Of a DNA stretch of 64,000 nt, positions 1 to 10,030 are shown piece after piece (the stretch's first letter is position 1; every line of letters begins with the position of its first letter). The notes below the pieces were generated by a model. That model was given only the letters and a program-made list of their open reading frames with translations. It did no database searches and was not told the DNA's origin. Location of the stretch: NCBI GenBank assembly GCA_964580185.1, contig CAZOJQ010000002.1, forward strand, positions 52,599-116,598. The letters run 5' to 3'. The position numbers were made by a program, and so were the translations under genes. Source of the stretch: an uncultured Thermotogaceae bacterium (lineage in GTDB: Bacteria > Thermotogota > Thermotogae > MWEM01).

Positions 1-450
1 CACTCCGGTTGGTGATCCAATGGAGTTTCGAAAAGGATCCAGTCTGTGTCTCCCAACGGAATGAGGTTTTTGGGTAGTCTGGAGGTGATATAGAGTTCGC
101 TCCCCTTCAGCACCGTGAGATTTGTTTGCCGCTCCATAACGGGCGCATATTCCCGATAATGGGTTTCAATCGCCTCCCAAGTAATATGAGGCAACCGGGG
201 AAACCCATAGTGCGGTGTCCAAACAATCGCGTCCGCGCCTCGTTCTTTGATTTGGCGCCCCAGGATTATGGCTTCTTCCAAAGATTTGGGACCGTCATCC
301 CGGAAACAGGGAAGAATATGTGTATGCACGTCGATTCGAGTTTTCGGATGAATCAGCTTCCGGGCAATATCCTGATTCCCCGGAAACTCCATCTTTTGAT
401 CGACTGCCCTGCTTTTCTCCTCTTGAATCGGTTGTGTCAATCCGTGCATA
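1..450 (-). CDS. CpsB/YwqE-like PHP-domain protein-tyrosine phosphatase (3' end runs off the window)
   Basis: My own minus-strand translation gives MHGLTQPIQEEKSRAVDQKMEFPGNQDIARKLIHPKTRIDVHTHILP..DDGPKSLEEAIILGRQIKERGADAIVWTPHY. The HxH...DDGP metal-binding N-terminus is typical of CpsB/YwqE. The ORF is open to the window edge. The plus-strand ORF 126..521 is its mirror artefact. Confidence 0.6.
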
Positions 451-459
451 TTGACCCCC

Positions 460-3354
460 TTACTGAATCTTGTTGTACAGACTCACTCCGGAATCCACAA
501 GAGAAATCATTCTCCCGATAAAGGTAACGACCTGGAGAATGTCAACCATTGCGCTTCGGGGCACATAGACCACGTCACCCGGTTGGAGGAATACATCGGC
601 GGAAGTTCTGCCCATCCGGATGACATCCAGGTCGACCATCGTCGGATTCTGGGAAATTCCTCCCGGAAAATGCAAAACTTTGCTCATATACGCAGCTTCA
701 GTTGGCCCCCCGGATGAGATGACCGCTTCCAAAAGTGTAAGCGCGGAATGGTACCGCACAATACCCGGTCGCACAACCTCTCCAAAGACGTAGACCTTCA
801 GTTTGCTGCTGGGCACCACATACACTACATCTCCCATTTGAATCTGCACGTTGGAAAGTACGCCCGGATCCTCATCAAAATATACCTGTTCCTTTCGACC
901 GTCTTTTCGGGTAATCTCGATGGTGGTGTTCAGGGTCCAGTCTCGGACTCCTCCTGCAAGACCAAGCAATTCCACCAACGCAATGCTTTCGCGTCTCAAA
1001 GAACGCACACCCGGATTCATGACATCTCCCAGAACAATGACCGTCTGTTCCAGGTTCTGATCCACAATAACATAGGAGTTATCGGGGACAATTATCTGAC
1101 TGGGATCTTCTATGTCGTCATAGGCATAATGGGTGATGACTCCGTCGGATGAGATCACTTTGATGGTTCGATCCGCATCATCCAAAAATCCCCCGCTTTT
1201 CGATAAAACCATCAGTAAAGTTGTAGGGATTCCTTTTTCGAACAGTTTCACCCCAGGGCTTGTCACTCGGCCAAAAACGTTGACCTTTGGTTGGATGAAC
1301 GGTTTGATGTATATGATCTGATCGGTTTTGAGGGGCACATTCCGCCCAGAATCCACAATCTCTTCGATGGAATAGATTTCCGTTTTTCCGTCATCATATA
1401 CCCAGATTCCTTCGGTTGCCGGTGAAAGGTCTGCTCTCACTTTGATCAACAGGTGCCTCAATGTAAACGGTTCATCCCGTGAAAAAGCAACTTCTCCCCA
1501 TCTCTGCGCATTCCCCAAAACATACACCCTTTGGTCGGTTTTTGGCAGCATGACCACACTCAGGGGATCCAATGATAAATCGAACTGTTTGGCCAGTATT
1601 TCGTCCAGATTGGCCATCCGGACAACCCCATTCGGACTGATGATCCGGATCCGAGAATCGAGCGTCGGAGATATCTCGCCCAATTTCATCAGAAGATGGA
1701 ACAGGGTCATGGGTTCGTACGAAGAGAAAGAGACTTTGGAGGTGGTCTGATCGTTTTGAATTACATAGATATGGTTCAAGCGGTCTTTTTGGGTATAAAC
1801 AATATCCCCTCTCTGCAAATCAAAGGCAACTGAGCTCATGAAAACCCGCTGCGAATCAAACGTATACACATCCGATCCCCGAATGACTTCCACATGGATC
1901 CGATCCACAGAAGAAACCGCATTGATCTTTGTTAATGCGGTCTTCAAGTCCATCGATTCATCCCATCGAAAAATCAATCGTCCCGACGATGCAACAAAAT
2001 CCCCATCTGATCCTGAAGAGGGCGCATGGTCTCCGATTACATAGACATATCGCATATACGGAAATTCGATAATGCTTCCGGATTGAAGATAGATGTCTTG
2101 GCGTGAATGGTCTTCGATCGAATATTCGTAAACGCGGCCTGATTCAGTGGTCACTCGAACTGTTCCCGGAAGCTGAAGAGGCATACCCAATTTCGCCATC
2201 AATGTCCGAAGCGTGAGGGTTTCTTCCTGGGCAAAGACCACTTTGCCCGTAGTGGGTAAGTCTCCCAGTACATAGAGGTACCGAGGCGCGGGAAACTCGA
2301 CGATGGTTCCCGCGATTAATGGTTGATTCAAGGGAGATTGCTGGGGCCGGATCGATTGCTTGTCCCCTCCGGGAAGCCACAGAATCAATTCTGGGAGATT
2401 TAGGCTTGTGAGCCCCAATTTTCCGAGCAAACTACCGATCGTCATCTTTTCTTCGAAACCAAATTCAACCCGACCGGAAGCCTCTCCGACGCCTACCGCA
2501 TATACATACCGTTCCTCCATACGGTTAATAACGAGGATATCATTGATATGAAGGGGTAGGTCCCCTGAAGAGGGAAGGGCTTCAATAGACAAAGTGTATT
2601 GCTGATCTTCCCGGAACAATCGAACCTCAGGGTGGACATTCTCTGGATTCAGCGCGGCTTTGGAAATCAAATGGCTCAAAGTGAATGGCTCCCGATCCTC
2701 AAAGTAGATTGGGCCACTTTTTCCGGCTGTGCCCAAAACATATACACGCCGTTCATACTTCCGGGGAACGATCAGGATATCTCCCGGATTCACCCTAGGT
2801 AGGGGAATATCCAAGCCTTGTTCCAAAACAGGTGTGAGATCCACTTCGATCCGATATTGATCAGGTTGGACAAGAAATAGTTTGCCAACGTCTGCCAGTT
2901 CTGTAAACCCGCCACTTGCGCTGATCGCCTGCATAATAGACATGGATCGCAAAAAAGTCAGATCGATCGGACCGTTGCGATGAACCTCACCCATGACATG
3001 CGCCAACTGAGGATAAAATTCCTCTCGGATGACTGTAATATGGGATTCCGGAGCAAACTGCGCATACTCTTTTTGAATCATCCGCGCCAATTCTTCGGGG
3101 GTATGTCCTGCGGCCTGCACCGGACCAATCAACTTGATCTCCACCATTCCATCCGGACCGATTCGAACGGTTTGGGACAAATCCGCATATCCATAATTGA
3201 AGACCTGTAGCACATCCCCGATTTGCAACGGAAGACGGTTGGATAAAACCATGGTGGGAATCATGCAAAGGGAAAACACGATCAACCAAAGAAAACGGGA
3301 TCGGAGCAGAGAACCTGGATCGTTTCCTCCGATTCTTGCGCAAAACGGCTTCAT
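460..3354 (-). CDS. Polysaccharide export protein (Wza/OPX-like): Poly_export domain followed by ~8 SLBB beta-grasp repeats
   Basis: 964 aa with an N-terminal signal-anchor. Poly_export-like motif (IGDVLQVFNYGYADLSQTVRIGPDGMVEIKLIGPVQAAGHTPEELA). Then a recurring ~100-aa module with R(V/Y)YV(L/I)G and DIIYI/ILIVP signatures, which are SLBB repeats. Confidence 0.75.
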   Translation of the reverse strand: MKPFCARIGGNDPGSLLRSRFLWLIVFSLCMIPTMVLSNRLPLQIGDVLQVFNYGYADLSQTVRIGPDGMVEIKLIGPVQAAGHTPEELARMIQKEYAQFAPESHITVIREEFYPQLAHVMGEVHRNGPIDLTFLRSMSIMQAISASGGFTELADVGKLFLVQPDQYRIEVDLTPVLEQGLDIPLPRVNPGDILIVPRKYERRVYVLGTAGKSGPIYFEDREPFTLSHLISKAALNPENVHPEVRLFREDQQYTLSIEALPSSGDLPLHINDILVINRMEERYVYAVGVGEASGRVEFGFEEKMTIGSLLGKLGLTSLNLPELILWLPGGDKQSIRPQQSPLNQPLIAGTIVEFPAPRYLYVLGDLPTTGKVVFAQEETLTLRTLMAKLGMPLQLPGTVRVTTESGRVYEYSIEDHSRQDIYLQSGSIIEFPYMRYVYVIGDHAPSSGSDGDFVASSGRLIFRWDESMDLKTALTKINAVSSVDRIHVEVIRGSDVYTFDSQRVFMSSVAFDLQRGDIVYTQKDRLNHIYVIQNDQTTSKVSFSSYEPMTLFHLLMKLGEISPTLDSRIRIISPNGVVRMANLDEILAKQFDLSLDPLSVVMLPKTDQRVYVLGNAQRWGEVAFSRDEPFTLRHLLIKVRADLSPATEGIWVYDDGKTEIYSIEEIVDSGRNVPLKTDQIIYIKPFIQPKVNVFGRVTSPGVKLFEKGIPTTLLMVLSKSGGFLDDADRTIKVISSDGVITHYAYDDIEDPSQIIVPDNSYVIVDQNLEQTVIVLGDVMNPGVRSLRRESIALVELLGLAGGVRDWTLNTTIEITRKDGRKEQVYFDEDPGVLSNVQIQMGDVVYVVPSSKLKVYVFGEVVRPGIVRYHSALTLLEAVISSGGPTEAAYMSKVLHFPGGISQNPTMVDLDVIRMGRTSADVFLQPGDVVYVPRSAMVDILQVVTFIGRMISLVDSGVSLYNKIQ

Positions 3355-3367
3355 TTATCGAATCCTC

Positions 3368-4942
3368 CTAACGAGCGTACGCTATGCTCCGTTTCTCTCG
3401 GATTACGGTCACTTTTACCTGACCCGGATACTCCATCTTCGCTTCCACTTCTTTTGAGACATCATAAGCCAATTTATCGGCCATCATATCGTCGATTTTG
3501 TCGGGCAGGACAATAATCCGCAGTTCTCTTCCTGCCTGGATGGCATATGATTTTTCCACAGAATCGTGTGAATTGGCGATCTCTTCCAATTGTTGGAGCC
3601 GTTTGATGTAAATATCGAGGGTCTCCCGCCTTGCGCCAGGTCTAGCCGCAGAAAGGGCATCCGCCGCCGCAATGATAACCGATTCCGGACATGTTGCCTC
3701 CACCTCACCATGATGGTATTGGATCATATTGATGATATCGGCTCGTTCTCCATACCGCTTTGCAAGCTCTCCACCGATCACAGCGTGCGACCCTTCCACC
3801 TCGTGGTCAACCGCTTTGCCGATATCATGAAGCAAGGCGCCTCTTTTGGCTCGATCCGCGTTCAATTCAAGCTCTGATGCCATCAACCCTGCCAGTCGGG
3901 CAACCTCGATGGAGTGTTCCAACACATTCTGGCCAAAACTAGTCCGAAACCGCAATCGCCCCAAAAGCTTGAGCAGTTCATGGTCGATCCCCCGAACTCC
4001 CGTTTCAAATACCGCTCTTTGTCCCTCGTCTTTAATGACACGAATCACATCTGCTTTGGCTTTTTCATACATATCTTCAATATGCGCGGGATGGATTCTC
4101 CCATCGGCAATCAGCTTTTCCAGAGTAATCCGGGCAATCTCTCGGCGAACCGTATTGAAACAAGATACCACGACCACTTCTGGCGTATCATCGATAATCA
4201 AGTCTGTACCCGTTGCCTTCTCGAACGCTCGAATATTCCTCCCTTCTCGACCGATGATTCTGCCTTTCATGTCATCGGAGGGCAAAGCAACTGTTGAGAC
4301 CGTCCCTTCATTCACATAATCCGCCGCATATCGTTGAATCGCAGTTGCTACAACCCATTGGGCATGTCGCTCCGCTTCTTCTTCATACCCAGTTTTGATC
4401 TCTTTGAACATCTGAGCGAGGTCATGCTCATATTGCTTGCTTGTTTCTTGAAACACAATTTCCCTCGCTTCATCGGGAGAAAGATTGGCAATGCTCATCA
4501 ACATCTCTTTTTGCTTTTCGAGGATTGTTTCCACTTCCACTTTGTTTTGATGCACCAATTCTTCTCGGCTGTTTAATGATTCCTCTTTCGAAGATATCTG
4601 CTCATCTCGGCCATTTAAATATTCTTCTCTTTTTTCCAATCGTTCTTCAAACTTCTTGTTTTCATCCCGGTCTTTCTTTAGCTCGCGTTCGATCTCTTCG
4701 CGCCATTTCTGAATCTCTTCTTTGGCGTCCAACAGCGCGTTCTTTTTCAGATCTTTGGCTTCCCGATCTGCCCGTTCAAGGATATCTTGCGCTGTGGACC
4801 GACTGGCTTCCAACTCTTTTTGAATCGTTTCTGATGCGGATCGCTCTCCGCGCTTCATTCCATACAGATATCCAAAAAAGACCCCTGCCAGCAGGGCCAA
4901 AATCGGAAGGACAATCAACAGCACAATCGTTATTTCATTCAT
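3368..4942 (-). CDS. rny: Ribonuclease Y
   Basis: N-terminal TM helix, long coiled-coil, KH domain (GRIIGREGRNIRAFE) and HD domain (LLHDIGKAVDHE..GSHAVIG). 524 aa. Confidence 0.9.
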   Translation of the reverse strand: MNEITIVLLIVLPILALLAGVFFGYLYGMKRGERSASETIQKELEASRSTAQDILERADREAKDLKKNALLDAKEEIQKWREEIERELKKDRDENKKFEERLEKREEYLNGRDEQISSKEESLNSREELVHQNKVEVETILEKQKEMLMSIANLSPDEAREIVFQETSKQYEHDLAQMFKEIKTGYEEEAERHAQWVVATAIQRYAADYVNEGTVSTVALPSDDMKGRIIGREGRNIRAFEKATGTDLIIDDTPEVVVVSCFNTVRREIARITLEKLIADGRIHPAHIEDMYEKAKADVIRVIKDEGQRAVFETGVRGIDHELLKLLGRLRFRTSFGQNVLEHSIEVARLAGLMASELELNADRAKRGALLHDIGKAVDHEVEGSHAVIGGELAKRYGERADIINMIQYHHGEVEATCPESVIIAAADALSAARPGARRETLDIYIKRLQQLEEIANSHDSVEKSYAIQAGRELRIIVLPDKIDDMMADKLAYDVSKEVEAKMEYPGQVKVTVIREKRSIAYAR

Positions 4943-4961
4943 ATGATCACCTCAATTGATT

Positions 4962-5435
4962 TCATGAATCGTTCCATTCTTCCCCATCTTGGAACTCATT
5001 TTCATAGATCTCGTCTGCGAGACCGATCCACTGTCGATCAAACCCTCTACGCATCAAGGAAGATTTGATTTTTTCGATGGTCCATGCCCTGTGTTTGCGT
5101 ACATAAGAGCGGATGATCTCGGTCATGTCGGTCTCTTGGCGAACTTGTTCCCATTCGTCTTCAATCACGTGGATGTCGACACCCTTTTGAAGCAGCTCCC
5201 AATGAAGCACTTTTGGCCCTTTTTCTTTCAATCGAAGCCCTTCTTCCAGGTACATCCGAGCATACCTCCGATCATCGATCAACCCATTGGCTTCAAGCTG
5301 TTGAACGGTTGCCAGAATTTCATCCAAAGGGTATCCTTTTTGCTGACATCGGAGGATCGCCTCATGGCGCGTCCTCAATCCATATCGAAACAATAGGGAT
5401 ATATACGCCTCAATCGTCCGTTTGGTTGGTTCCAT
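4962..5435 (-). CDS. recX: RecA regulator RecX
   Basis: RecX-like helical repeats ([39 protein letters not shown]) immediately downstream of recA. I trimmed the long ORF to the internal start MEPTKR to avoid a 295-nt overlap with recA. The true start is uncertain. Confidence 0.6.
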   Translation of the reverse strand: MEPTKRTIEAYISLLFRYGLRTRHEAILRCQQKGYPLDEILATVQQLEANGLIDDRRYARMYLEEGLRLKEKGPKVLHWELLQKGVDIHVIEDEWEQVRQETDMTEIIRSYVRKHRAWTIEKIKSSLMRRGFDRQWIGLADEIYENEFQDGEEWNDS

Positions 5436-6507
5436 CGGTATCAATGTCTTCCGGATCGGCAAGCGGTGGTTTCTCCATACCCGATGCCCCGGGTATATTG
5501 GATTTTTCGCGGATGCGACGTTCCAGTTCATCGCTGATATCGGGATTCTGTTTGAGAAAATCCACTGCTGCATTCTTTCCTTGACCCATGCTAATCTCTT
5601 GGCTGTTGGGATCCAGATAGCTGAACCAAGATCCTTTCTTGAGAACAAATTCGGAAAGGACGCCCATATTGACCAACTCATTCTCCCGAACGATCCCTTT
5701 CCCATAGATCACATCAAAGATTGCTTCTCGAAAGGGGGATGCCACTTTGTTCTTGACGATTTTCACCCGTGTTTCGGATCCGATTGATTCTGTCGCATCT
5801 TTGATTGTGCTGGTCCGTCGAACATCGACGCGCACACTCGCATAGAACTTCATTGCCATACCGCCAGTGGTTGTTTCGGGATTTCCAAAGCTGATCCCAA
5901 TCTTCATCCGGAGTTGATTGGTAAAGATGACTGCCGTTTTTGATTTGTGGACAACGCCAGCGAGTTTTCGCAATGCCTGCGACATCAACCGGGCTTGCAA
6001 CCCCATCTGCATATCACCCATGTTGCCCTCGATCTCGGCTTTCGGAACCAAAGCAGCGACTGAATCCACGACAATTAAATCCACCGCGCCGCTCCGAACC
6101 AGAGTTTCCACAATCTCCAAGGCTTCTTCTCCGCTATCGGGTTGGGAGATTAACAGCCGCTTCAAGTCCACTCCCAAATTCCGAGCATATAAGGGATCCA
6201 ATGCGTGTTCAGCATCGACAAATGCCGTCATGCCTCCCAGTTTTTGCGCTTGAGCAATTGCATGGAGTGTCAGGGTAGTCTTTCCGCTGGACTCGGGTCC
6301 ATAAATCTCAATAATTCGTCCGCGCGGATACCCACCAACTCCCAAAGCAACATCCATCGCAATCGAACCCGAAGGGATGACTTCGATGGCGCGATTGGAG
6401 TCTTCCTCACCCAGAACCATAATGCTGCCTTGGCCAAAATCTTTTTCGATCTTTTTCATTGCGGCTTCCAAAGCCCTCATTTTCTCTTTGTTTCGATCCT
6501 CTGCCAC
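5410..6507 (-). CDS. recA: Recombinase RecA
   Basis: Walker [10 protein letters not shown], the canonical RecA core and a C-terminal acidic tail. 365 aa. Confidence 0.95.
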   Translation of the reverse strand: MAEDRNKEKMRALEAAMKKIEKDFGQGSIMVLGEEDSNRAIEVIPSGSIAMDVALGVGGYPRGRIIEIYGPESSGKTTLTLHAIAQAQKLGGMTAFVDAEHALDPLYARNLGVDLKRLLISQPDSGEEALEIVETLVRSGAVDLIVVDSVAALVPKAEIEGNMGDMQMGLQARLMSQALRKLAGVVHKSKTAVIFTNQLRMKIGISFGNPETTTGGMAMKFYASVRVDVRRTSTIKDATESIGSETRVKIVKNKVASPFREAIFDVIYGKGIVRENELVNMGVLSEFVLKKGSWFSYLDPNSQEISMGQGKNAAVDFLKQNPDISDELERRIREKSNIPGASGMEKPPLADPEDIDTDGTNQTDD

Positions 6508-6510
6508 GGC

Positions 6511-7065
6511 TTACCCTCCTTTAGTCTGAAGGCGAATACGATCCAACTCCTGATAAATCGGCCCTTGAGGAGTCAGGGTAGAATGGATCAACGAAATGGT
6601 ATCCACCATCATCGGTACTTTCGGGATAATCTGCGCAGGAAACCCCAAATCTTCTTGGTTTGGGTACGACTTGATCCTGCATAAGGTCATATGTGGAACA
6701 TTTTTGGGTGGAAAGGTATATCCAAAATGGACAAACAATTCCACTCCTTTTCGATAGAGTCGAACAAAGGGCTCCGATCGTTCGAACCCTACGTGCAATA
6801 CGCGTAGATTGCCTTGTTTGGAGAAACCATCGACTTTCTCGGCAACCATTGGAAAGACACTCCATTCCTCCAGTTCCGAACGATACCGATCGATCATCAT
6901 TTGCGCTTTTCCATAAGAAACTTCCCCCAAAAAAAACAGGGTGATGTGCATGTTTTCTCTTCGGGTCCAACCCCCGCGAACTCCCAGCGCTTTAAACCGC
7001 TCGCTTTCAGCCAGGGCGCATGCTTGCACTGCTTCTGAAACGGGAATCCCTAAGAAAGCCCTCAT
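6511..7065 (-). CDS. thpR: RNA 2',3'-cyclic phosphodiesterase / 2'-5' RNA ligase (ThpR/LigT, 2H family)
   Basis: Two HxT/Sx motifs (HITLFFLG and HMTLCRI) about 90 aa apart. The start was chosen at MRAFLGIPV, giving an ATGA overlap with the pgsA stop. The longer ORF extension has no support. Confidence 0.75.
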   Translation of the reverse strand: MRAFLGIPVSEAVQACALAESERFKALGVRGGWTRRENMHITLFFLGEVSYGKAQMMIDRYRSELEEWSVFPMVAEKVDGFSKQGNLRVLHVGFERSEPFVRLYRKGVELFVHFGYTFPPKNVPHMTLCRIKSYPNQEDLGFPAQIIPKVPMMVDTISLIHSTLTPQGPIYQELDRIRLQTKGG

Positions 7066-7604
7066 GACAACACCTTGCCGATCCCACGGAAATACGAGAA
7101 GGCGGAACCAATGGTAATGATCCCCACTACCCATGCCAAAACAGCCAATACAAGTGATCCTGGCCATCCCGAAAGCAAAGACATGTACAAAAGAATCACA
7201 TACCCCATCTGTACAACGGTTTTCGCTTTTCCCAACCAATGGGCGGCAACCACCTTACCCTGCGACGCATACAACATTCGCGCGCCGCTCACGGCAATAT
7301 CCCGAATCACAATGAGGGCCAACAACCAATAACTTACCTCCTGATTCCACACAAAAGCGCAGAGGACCCCTGTGAGAAAGGCTTTATCCGCCAATTGATC
7401 CACAAACTTTCCAAGGTTGGTAATTTCATTCCGTTTTCGCGCAACCCATCCATCCAACCAATCGGATAGGGCGCCGATCAGAAACAGACAGAAGGCCACT
7501 CCATACCAATTGGGGTGGGAAGGTCCCATTGCTGTGGCCCAAATGATCCAAGGAATCAATACAATCCGAATCATGGTAATTTTTGTCGCCAATGTTACCG
7601 TCAT
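7062..7604 (-). CDS. pgsA: CDP-diacylglycerol--glycerol-3-phosphate 3-phosphatidyltransferase
   Basis: CDP-alcohol phosphatidyltransferase motif (DWLDGWVARK...GKFVDQLADK). 180 aa, multi-TM. Confidence 0.9.
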   Translation of the reverse strand: MTVTLATKITMIRIVLIPWIIWATAMGPSHPNWYGVAFCLFLIGALSDWLDGWVARKRNEITNLGKFVDQLADKAFLTGVLCAFVWNQEVSYWLLALIVIRDIAVSGARMLYASQGKVVAAHWLGKAKTVVQMGYVILLYMSLLSGWPGSLVLAVLAWVVGIITIGSAFSYFRGIGKVLS

Positions 7605-8893
7605 AGGACATCACCAACCAGATCATGTTCCATCGCATCCACTACCCGGCAGAGAACAAACTCTCCCAAGCGTAACGGAACACGCGGATTCAGCCAAACG
7701 ATTCCATCAATTTCTGGCGCGTCTCGAAAACTTCGGCCGATGTAGCCATCGGGTTCCTTCTCTTCAACCAACACCCGCAATTCTTTGCCAATCCAGTTCT
7801 GAAGAATGGTTGTGGATATCTCTTCCTGAGCCATCATAATCCGTTCGTGCCGATCATTCGCCACAGATGGCGACACGGGTTCTTTATGCTCCATGGCCGT
7901 TCCTTCTTCCGTCGAATAGATAAAGCATCCCAAATGGTCAAAACGCGCTCTCTGAACAAAATCCATAAGCAGCTCAAAATCTCGTTCTGTTTCTTCCGGA
8001 CAACCTACAATGACTGTGCTCCGAATCGAAGCCAAAGGATCCAAGGATCGGATGAACTGAACCTGTTCAAGGAGTTGGGTGCGATTCTTCTTTCGATTCA
8101 TTCGTCGAAGCATTGCATCGCTCCCGTGTTGCGCCGGCAGGTCAAAATACGGAATGATTTTCGGTAACCCGATCATCGTTCGGATCAGATCTTCAGTAAG
8201 ATGATCCGGATGGATATACAAAACACGAGTCCAGAAGTCCCCTTCGATCCCATCGATCCTTTTCAGCAATTCGGGAAGGTCAACCGGGCCATCTTGGTAT
8301 TGAGTTGTGTCTTGGTCCACCAAAATCATCTCTTTGATTCCCTTCGCGACCAGATCTTCCATCTCTTGGATAATCTTTTCCCAAGGCCTTGACCGATGAA
8401 CCCCTTTGAAAGAGGGTATCGAACAAAAACTGCATGCCCGATCACATCCGTCTCCAATCTTTACATAGGCACTTACCTGCTCGCGACAGACCTTCTGGCG
8501 AAACAGATCATGCAAGGGATTTGGCGGGCGGTCGGAGAATCGAATCGGCGCGCCCGATTCCAACAACGCATACACCGTTTCAAGGTCTTGCACTCCGATC
8601 CATCCATCAATTTCTGGGATTTCCTGAACGAGTGTTTGCCCATACCGCTGGACCAAACAACCCCACCCGATAATCTGTTGGTTTGGGTGGGACCGGTTGT
8701 GGGAAAACTGAAGCAACGCATCGATCGATTCTTGACGCGCATCAAGAATGAAACCGCACGTGTTGATCAACACCCGTTCTGCTTTTTCCGCGTCAGTGGT
8801 TACCGCATGCCCTTTTTGCTCGATCAATGCAGCCAAAACAGCGCTGTCCGCATCATTTTTGGGACATCCCAAGGTGTAAATAAAAACCGTCAT
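7601..8893 (-). CDS. rimO: Ribosomal protein S12 methylthiotransferase RimO (MiaB-family radical SAM with TRAM domain)
   Basis: MTTase N-terminus (YTLGCPKNDADS...INTCGFI), radical SAM CDRACSFCSIP, and a C-terminal TRAM with GRS..DAPEIDG.VWL, closest to the RimO pattern. Confidence 0.8.
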   Translation of the reverse strand: MTVFIYTLGCPKNDADSAVLAALIEQKGHAVTTDAEKAERVLINTCGFILDARQESIDALLQFSHNRSHPNQQIIGWGCLVQRYGQTLVQEIPEIDGWIGVQDLETVYALLESGAPIRFSDRPPNPLHDLFRQKVCREQVSAYVKIGDGCDRACSFCSIPSFKGVHRSRPWEKIIQEMEDLVAKGIKEMILVDQDTTQYQDGPVDLPELLKRIDGIEGDFWTRVLYIHPDHLTEDLIRTMIGLPKIIPYFDLPAQHGSDAMLRRMNRKKNRTQLLEQVQFIRSLDPLASIRSTVIVGCPEETERDFELLMDFVQRARFDHLGCFIYSTEEGTAMEHKEPVSPSVANDRHERIMMAQEEISTTILQNWIGKELRVLVEEKEPDGYIGRSFRDAPEIDGIVWLNPRVPLRLGEFVLCRVVDAMEHDLVGDVL

Positions 8894-9450
8894 GATTGTT
8901 CTCCCGATCGAGTGGAACGGTTCCGTTTTTTTAGATACTCGGCCCGAATTTGCTCCAATACTTTCCGATACTCGGGATCCGCATAATTGGGATAGGTATA
9001 GGGCAACGGTTGAAAGGCTCCATGAATGTACATAAGCGTTATTTCAGCATAGATTCCATCTTTCAGATAGATCCGATTGGCCCAATGCTTTGTCGAGGCG
9101 AGCACAAACTGCGAGGCGTGAATATATCCTGGATCCAGATTGATTGCCCTTCGCCCGTCAATCGCAAGGCTCTGTTCCAAATGATGGGTACCCCATTTGA
9201 TCTCGGCCAACCGTTCCGGCCGGATCAATTCCCGAAATCCCAAAAAACGCCCTTCAATCGGCCCATTGCCCATTTCACGATTATAGTACATGGTATATTT
9301 GCCAAAATCCAATAGCTCCGAACGAAAATCAATTGGTCCGAATTCCTTTTCCAGCGATGCTTGCAATGCATTAAGATGGACATCCACAAACGGCCCAAAA
9401 CAGAAAAGGACCAAAGCCACTTCTTCCATGGGTTTAATTTTACCCATCAT
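8890..9450 (-). CDS. Hypothetical protein (DUF4416-like)
   Basis: Conserved-looking soluble protein. Start taken at MGKIKPMEE. The ORF's N-terminal extension overlaps the upstream gene. Family assignment is from memory and is weak. Confidence 0.4.
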   Translation of the reverse strand: MMGKIKPMEEVALVLFCFGPFVDVHLNALQASLEKEFGPIDFRSELLDFGKYTMYYNREMGNGPIEGRFLGFRELIRPERLAEIKWGTHHLEQSLAIDGRRAINLDPGYIHASQFVLASTKHWANRIYLKDGIYAEITLMYIHGAFQPLPYTYPNYADPEYRKVLEQIRAEYLKKRNRSTRSGEQS

Positions 9451-10030
9451 TCCACTCCACGACAAACGCCTCCAACTCAACCCTCCATTGGTTTTTTCCG
9501 AATTCGACAAGAACTCGGTTTTGATTGGGATTTTGTACCTCCAAAGAATCCCCAATCGGAAATACACGCGTTTGGCCTACGCCCAACTCTTGCCATGGAT
9601 CTGAACCGTGTCGAATCTGGATGGAATACGAACCCAAATTCGTGATGCGGGGTTGACGTTGTTGAACCAGTGAATGGGTATGAATCCCCAGATATCCGAT
9701 GCTGCCCAGCAAAACAGGCAAGATCAATATATTCCACCAAACGATTGGTTTCCAACTCCGCCTCGCAATTGCGCGAAAATTCTCTTTTGCTCCAGACCCT
9801 GGGGGTTCGTAAAGATTCAGTACCGGTTGACAATCCATTTCAAAGTACCGGCAGATTCGCTTCAACGCATCTCGAACATAGATTCCCGGGGTGCCCTCAA
9901 TCGTGCCTTCTTCAAGGCTTTTAAGAAACTGCTCCGATATCTTAAGATGTCCTGCCAGTTCCTCGCATGACAGGTTTCGAGTCATCCGTTGTTGTCTCAA
10001 TAAACGTCCAAGTTCATGTGAATTGTCCAT
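9440..10030 (-). CDS. rodZ: RodZ-like cytoskeleton protein (XRE HTH, single TM, C-terminal domain)
   Basis: N-terminal HTH (LGRLLRQQRMTRNLSCEELAGHLKISEQFLKSLEEG), then a TM helix IVWWNILILPVLLGSIGYLGI. It sits upstream of the pgsA-recA block, as ymfM/rodZ does in Bacillus. Confidence 0.6.
   Translation of the reverse strand: MDNSHELGRLLRQQRMTRNLSCEELAGHLKISEQFLKSLEEGTIEGTPGIYVRDALKRICRYFEMDCQPVLNLYEPPGSGAKENFRAIARRSWKPIVWWNILILPVLLGSIGYLGIHTHSLVQQRQPRITNLGSYSIQIRHGSDPWQELGVGQTRVFPIGDSLEVQNPNQNRVLVEFGKNQWRVELEAFVVEWNDG

Noticed and set aside
126-521. 131-aa plus-strand ORF at the left edge
   Set aside because: It is the antisense shadow of a minus-strand gene. My minus-strand translation gives a clean CpsB/YwqE PHP-phosphatase N-terminus (IDVHTHILP...DDGPKS). 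The plus ORF also overlaps the export protein's 3' end.
6521-6970. 149-aa minus-strand ORF overlapping ligT in another frame
   Set aside because: Fully nested in the LigT coding region. Low-complexity Arg/Ser-rich product with no motif. The LigT frame carries both HxTx motifs.
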